A DNA stretch of 63,618 bases, filler included. It is 7 parts of 7 records of this genome, joined end to end, with 100 filler letters (N's around TTAATTAATTAA, not from the genome) between each part and the next. Parts side by side here need not be neighbours in the genome. Positions count along the whole stretch, not along the records: positions 54,468 to 63,618 come from DRR723986_9724; 6 more parts are not named here. The stretch is one strand, 5' to 3'. Below are positions 59,422 through 63,618 of the stretch, piece by piece. Every line of letters starts with the position of its first letter. The stretch's first letter is position 1. The notes below the pieces were generated by a model. The model worked only from the letters and a program-made list of their open reading frames with translations. It ran no database searches and was not told where the DNA came from. Position numbers and translations under genes: made by a program.

Positions 59422-60460
59422 CCGGGGCATCGAGACGGGGCAGGGGCGGCGGTCCCGCTTGATCGGCGCGCGCCTGCCGCTTCCGCGGGCGGCGGACCCG
59501 GGGCGCGGCCGTTCGGCTGCGGGCGGGCGCCTCTGGGTCATGGCAGCGGTGCTGGGGGCGCTCTCGGCGCTGTTCCTGCTCTGGGGGCTGCGCGCACCCT
59601 ATGGCTTCATCCTCGAACTGCGCGGCGGCAAGCTGGCGGCGCTGATCTGCGTGGGCGCGGCGACGGGGGCCGCCACGGTGCTGTTCCAGACCGTCGCCAT
59701 GAACCGGCTGCTGACGCCGGGGATCGTCGGCTTCGACGCGCTCTTCGTGCTGATGCAGACGCTGCTGGTCGCGCTCCTTGGGGGCGTCGGGCTGGCGCAG
59801 GTGCCGGATGCGCTGCGCTTCGTGCTGGAAACCGTGGTTCTGATGGGCGCGGCCATGGCGCTCTTCGGCATCGTCCTCCGGCGCGACGCGGCGGATGTGA
59901 CGCGGATGATCCTGACGGGAGTGATCCTCGGCGTGCTGCTGCGCGGCCTGTCGGAGATGGTGCAGCGGATGCTGGACCCGTCAGAGTTCTCGGTGGTGCA
60001 GCAGGCGGTCGTGGCCTCGTTCAACCGCGTCGACGGGGGGCAGATGGCGGTGGCCGGCCTCTTCCTCGCCGTGGCGCTGGGGCTGGCGCTGCGCATGGCG
60101 CCCGCGCTGGACGTGGCCGGGCTGGGCCGCTCCACGGCGCGCGGGCTGGGGCTGGACCACGACCGCGTGGTGATGCGCGCGCTGCTGCTGATCGCGGCGA
60201 TGGTCTCGGTCTCGACGGCGCTGGTGGGGCCGATCACCTTCCTCGGCCTTCTCGCGGCGAGCCTTGCGCGGCAACTGTGCGACACCCACCGGCACGCGGT
60301 GCTGATCCCCGCGGCGGCGTTGATCGGAGCGGTGATCCTCGTGGCCGGTCAGGCGGTCTTCGAACGCCTGCTGGGGATGCAGTCGGCGCTGGCCGTGATC
60401 GTCGAATTCTTCGGAGGGCTGGTGTTCCTCGCCCTCGTGTTGCGAAAGGTGCGGACATGA
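59414..60460 (+). CDS. Iron-chelate ABC permease (FatC/CeuC-like)
   Basis: FQTVAMNRLLTPGIVGFD, LDPSEF, STALVGPITFLGL. Confidence 0.9.
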   Translation: MADRGIETGQGRRSRLIGARLPLPRAADPGRGRSAAGGRLWVMAAVLGALSALFLLWGLRAPYGFILELRGGKLAALICVGAATGAATVLFQTVAMNRLLTPGIVGFDALFVLMQTLLVALLGGVGLAQVPDALRFVLETVVLMGAAMALFGIVLRRDAADVTRMILTGVILGVLLRGLSEMVQRMLDPSEFSVVQQAVVASFNRVDGGQMAVAGLFLAVALGLALRMAPALDVAGLGRSTARGLGLDHDRVVMRALLLIAAMVSVSTALVGPITFLGLLAASLARQLCDTHRHAVLIPAAALIGAVILVAGQAVFERLLGMQSALAVIVEFFGGLVFLALVLRKVRT

Positions 60461-61212
60461 TCCGGGTATCGGGACTGACCTGTCGGATGGGCGGCGCAGA
60501 GATCCTGCGCGGCGTGGACCTGACCATCCCCGAGGGCGGGATCACCGCGCTGATCGGGCCGAACGGAGCGGGCAAGTCGACGCTGCTGCATTGCCTCTCG
60601 GGGCTGTTGCCGCCTTCGGGCGGGCGGGTGATGCTGGGCGACATGGACCCCGTCACCGCAGAGCCCGAGGCCCGGGCGCGGCGCGTGGCGCTGTTGCAGC
60701 AATCGCCCACGGTTGTCAGCCGCCTGTCGGTCGAGGAACTGGTGAGCTTCGGCCGCTGGCCGCATCACCGGGGCCGCGTCACCGATCACGACCGCCGCGT
60801 GGTGCGCGAGGCGCTGGCGGCCTTCGCCTTGGGCGATCTGGCGGACCGGCGGATCGAGACGCTGTCGGGCGGGCAGCGCCAACGCGCCTTCGTGGCGATG
60901 ACATGGGCGCAAGAGACGCCGTGGATGTTCCTCGACGAGCCGCTGAACGCGCTCGACCCCCGGCACGCGCGCGATCTCATGGCGCGGATGCACGGGCTGT
61001 CGCGCGGGACCGGGCGCAGCATCGTGATCGTCCTGCACGACATCAATGCGGCGGCCGGCTGGGCCGACCGGGTGGTGGCGATGAAGGACGGCATGGTGAT
61101 GGCCGAAGGGGCGGCGGAGACAGTGCTGACCGCCCCGAGGCTGGGCGCGATCTTCGACACGCCCTTCGAGATCCTGAGCCACGCCGGACGGCCCGTGGTG
61201 GTGGCGCGCTAG
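60457..61212 (+). CDS. Iron-chelate ABC ATPase
   Basis: GPNGAGKST, LSGGQRQR, LDEPLNALD, VLHDIN. Confidence 0.93.
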   Translation: MIRVSGLTCRMGGAEILRGVDLTIPEGGITALIGPNGAGKSTLLHCLSGLLPPSGGRVMLGDMDPVTAEPEARARRVALLQQSPTVVSRLSVEELVSFGRWPHHRGRVTDHDRRVVREALAAFALGDLADRRIETLSGGQRQRAFVAMTWAQETPWMFLDEPLNALDPRHARDLMARMHGLSRGTGRSIVIVLHDINAAAGWADRVVAMKDGMVMAEGAAETVLTAPRLGAIFDTPFEILSHAGRPVVVAR

Positions 61213-61291
61213 GCACGGCCCCGGTTCGGGCTGGGTGTGATCTCTGCCCGTGGCGGGGTTTACCTGAGCGCGGCTGGTCGCGGCGGGGTTT

Positions 61292-61313
61292 GGCGGGCTG
61301 AAGCCCGCCCTAC
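61292..61313 (-). repeat. GTAG-family REP
   Basis: Minus strand GTAG-GGCGGGCT-TC-AGCCCGCC, between convergent genes. Confidence 0.7.
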
Positions 61314-61403
61314 GGCAGGACGGGGGCGGGGGCGCCTGCCGCCCCGCCAACGGCAAAAGGGCGCGCCGTGGCACGCCCTTCGCAAGTTCAAAGACCTGTT
61401 CGA

Positions 61404-62354
61404 TCAGAACGGGCTGTCGGGGAAGTAGAACTGCTCTGCGTTCTCGGGCGTGACCAGCTGGCTGCCGATGATGAAGCGGCCGGAGACCGGCGTTTCCGAG
61501 ACCAGTCCCAGTGCCGTCAGCTCGATCGCGGTCGAGATCTGTGCGGGCGGGTAGGTGACGTTGACCGGCAGCATCGGGTCCCCGTCGCGGATGCGGGCGA
61601 TGATCTCCTTCATGCCGGCGCCGCCGACGACCCACATCTCTTCGTTGCGGCCCGCCTGGCTGATCGCCTCGAGCACGCCGATCGCCATGTCGTCGTCCGA
61701 GGCCCAGACCGCGTCGATATCGTCGTATTTGGACAGGAAATCCTGCATCACGTTGAAGGCGTCGTCGCGGTTCCAGTTGCCGTGCTGCATGTCGAGGACA
61801 TTGATGCCGGAGCCCTCGATGGCCGCGGTGAAGGCCTCCACGCGCTCGTTGTCGAGCGTGGTGGGGATGCCGCGCAGCACGACGATGTTGTCGCCTTCGC
61901 CGAGGTTTTCGGCGAAATACTCGCCCGCGGTGCGCCCGAAGCCCGGGTTGTCGCCCGCGACGTAAAGATCCTCGATCCCCTCGACCGACAGGCCGCGGTC
62001 GACGACCGTCACCCAGATGCCCTGTTCCTTGACGAATTGCACCGGCGCCGTCAGCGGCTCGGACTCGAAGGGCAGCACCACCAGCGCCGAGATGTTGCGC
62101 GTGGCGACCATGTCCTCGATGTCGTTGACCATCTTGCCCGCATCACCGGCGGTGGCGAGGACGAAATCGAGCTGCGGATAGGTCTCTTCCAGCCGCGCGA
62201 TGGTGTCCTGCGCGTGATAGTTCAGCCCCCCCATGAAGCCATGCGTGGCCGAGGGGATGGCGACGCCGATGGTCATGGTCTCCTGCGCGAAGGCCGGGGC
62301 GGCGGTCAGGGCCAGCCCGAGGGCCGCGCCCCTGAAAAGCGTTCTGCGGTTCAT
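61404..62354 (-). CDS. Sugar ABC substrate-binding protein (RbsB-like)
   Basis: MNRRTLF signal, VVDRG, AGDN, DDDMAIG, VTYPP. Confidence 0.9.
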   Translation of the reverse strand: MNRRTLFRGAALGLALTAAPAFAQETMTIGVAIPSATHGFMGGLNYHAQDTIARLEETYPQLDFVLATAGDAGKMVNDIEDMVATRNISALVVLPFESEPLTAPVQFVKEQGIWVTVVDRGLSVEGIEDLYVAGDNPGFGRTAGEYFAENLGEGDNIVVLRGIPTTLDNERVEAFTAAIEGSGINVLDMQHGNWNRDDAFNVMQDFLSKYDDIDAVWASDDDMAIGVLEAISQAGRNEEMWVVGGAGMKEIIARIRDGDPMLPVNVTYPPAQISTAIELTALGLVSETPVSGRFIIGSQLVTPENAEQFYFPDSPF

Positions 62355-62375
62355 TGTTTTTCCTCCCTGATGTTC

Positions 62376-62454
62376 TGCCGATGGGCTCGGCGGGCCGTAT
62401 GGTGCCGATGGGCTCGGCGGGCCGTTCTGCGTCGCCGACGGGTCGGCGGACCGC
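62376..62454. repeat. Tandem hairpin repeats
   Basis: TGCCGATGGGCTCGGCGGGCCGT at 62376 and 62403 (27-bp period) and a degenerate third copy at 62433. Confidence 0.75.
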
Positions 62455-62465
62455 TCGGGCGCCGA

Positions 62466-63467
62466 TCACTCGGCGCTCTTGCCCTGCCGCTGCAAGACGA
62501 CGGCAAGGATGACGATGACGCCCTGGATCGTGCCGTTCAGATAGGGCGAGACGATCGAGGCGAGGTTCAGGATGTTGTCGATCAGGCTGAGGATCAGCAC
62601 CCCGACGACGGTGCCCCAGACCCGGCCGAAGCCGCCCTTGAGCACCGTGCCGCCGATGATCACCGCGGCGATGGCCTCGAGCTCCCAGAGCACGCCGGTC
62701 GAGCCAGAGGCAGAGCCGAGGCGCGGCACGTACATGATGGTCGCAAGGCCCACGAGCCCGCCCAGCAGGACATAGGTGGCCATGCGCACGCGGTCGACCT
62801 TGACGGCGGAATACTTCGCCACCTGCTCGTTGGCGCCAAGCGCGGCGCAGTGGCGTCCGAAGGGGGTCTTGCGCATGGCGATCTCGCCAAGGATGGCGAC
62901 GAAGGCGAAGACGATGATGGGCCATGCGACGCCGAGGATGCCGTCGTAATAGACCGGGCGGTAGAAGGAGCGTGCCGCGAAGTCGAGCGACAGCGTGCCG
63001 CCATCCGCGAGCCACGTGGTCAGCGAGCGGTAGATGCCCATGGCGCCCAGCGTGACGATGAAGGGCTCGATGCCGACCTTGGCGATCAGCACCCCGTTCA
63101 GAAGCCCCGCCGCGAGGCCCGCAAGAAGCGCCACGGCCATGCCCGCGGCGATCAGCGGCACGCCGATGCCCAGCGAGGGGATGAGCGCGTTCATCGCCAT
63201 GATCATGACCCCCGCGACGAAGGCCGCCATGGAGCCCACCGACAGGTCGATGCCGCCCCCGGTGATGACGAAGGTCATGCCCACGGCGATGATCCCGATG
63301 AAGGCCGAGCGCGCCAGCACGTTGGTCAGGTTCGCCGCCCCGAGGAAGTTCGAATTCAGCGAGGCGCCGAGGATCACCAGCGCGATCAGCGCCAGCACGG
63401 GCCCGAGGGTGTGCAGAGAGAGGCGCCGCCGCGGCGCGGCCTCGGTTGTGGCGGTCATGTCGGTCAT
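62466..63467 (-). CDS. Sugar ABC permease (RbsC-like)
   Basis: GGIDLSVGS, FIVTLG, ELEAIAAVIIGGT. Confidence 0.93.
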   Translation of the reverse strand: MTDMTATTEAAPRRRLSLHTLGPVLALIALVILGASLNSNFLGAANLTNVLARSAFIGIIAVGMTFVITGGGIDLSVGSMAAFVAGVMIMAMNALIPSLGIGVPLIAAGMAVALLAGLAAGLLNGVLIAKVGIEPFIVTLGAMGIYRSLTTWLADGGTLSLDFAARSFYRPVYYDGILGVAWPIIVFAFVAILGEIAMRKTPFGRHCAALGANEQVAKYSAVKVDRVRMATYVLLGGLVGLATIMYVPRLGSASGSTGVLWELEAIAAVIIGGTVLKGGFGRVWGTVVGVLILSLIDNILNLASIVSPYLNGTIQGVIVILAVVLQRQGKSAE

Positions 63468-63618
63468 GAAATGGCTCCGGTGCGGGGCGTCGGTTGGCTC
63501 TGCGCCTGTGGCTGGCCGGGGAGAGCGGTATTTGTACCAAGAAGAAGCACAGGGGCGCTCTGCATGTGCGCCCCGCGTGGCTTGCGGGCCCGGGCTTCTT
63601 CTGTCCGGAAATATCCCG

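Noticed and set aside
62376-62454. Mini CRISPR array
   Set aside because: Inter-repeat gaps are only 4-7 bp and there are no cas genes.

Overview
The window is not one locus. It is seven unrelated fragments joined by six artificial 100-bp linkers (N44-TTAATTAATTAA-N44), so synteny holds only inside each fragment. Fragment 1 (1-11353, gammaproteobacterial-looking): glutathione-dependent formaldehyde dehydrogenase, a soluble NAD-dependent formate dehydrogenase operon (fdsGBA-fdhD-fdsD), an aldo/keto reductase, a glutamate-cysteine-ligase-family/M14 deacylase pair, and recA with an SOS box. Fragments 2-7 look like Rhodobacteraceae. (2) A peptide-type ABC operon with an ELIC-like pentameric ligand-gated ion channel gene inserted in it, plus panB. 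(3) An imelysin/bfd/bfr/di-haem/imelysin/DUF1513 iron cluster, an uncalled 33-aa ORF, DUF2938 and a cold-shock gene. (4) An AT-richer cassette (membrane protein plus an uncalled repeat-containing 42-aa peptide), a highly self-complementary ~300-bp non-coding block, thpR, and a TctDE/SBP/TctCBA system. (5) DUF2927, GNAT, MoxR-like ATPase, dksA, a flavin monooxygenase and a molybdenum hydroxylase operon. (6) purC, an MprF-like protein, DMT transporters, a FadL-like protein, metA, ppk2, TetR, a glycosyltransferase and the end of rpsI. (7) TRAP/RpiR genes, an iron-box-regulated siderophore ABC transporter and a sugar ABC transporter. The best candidates for undescribed biology are the channel inside the ABC operon, the 25.9-27.2 kb cassette and structured region, and the ligase/deacylase pair. 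All assignments come from motif recognition by eye; no searches were run.
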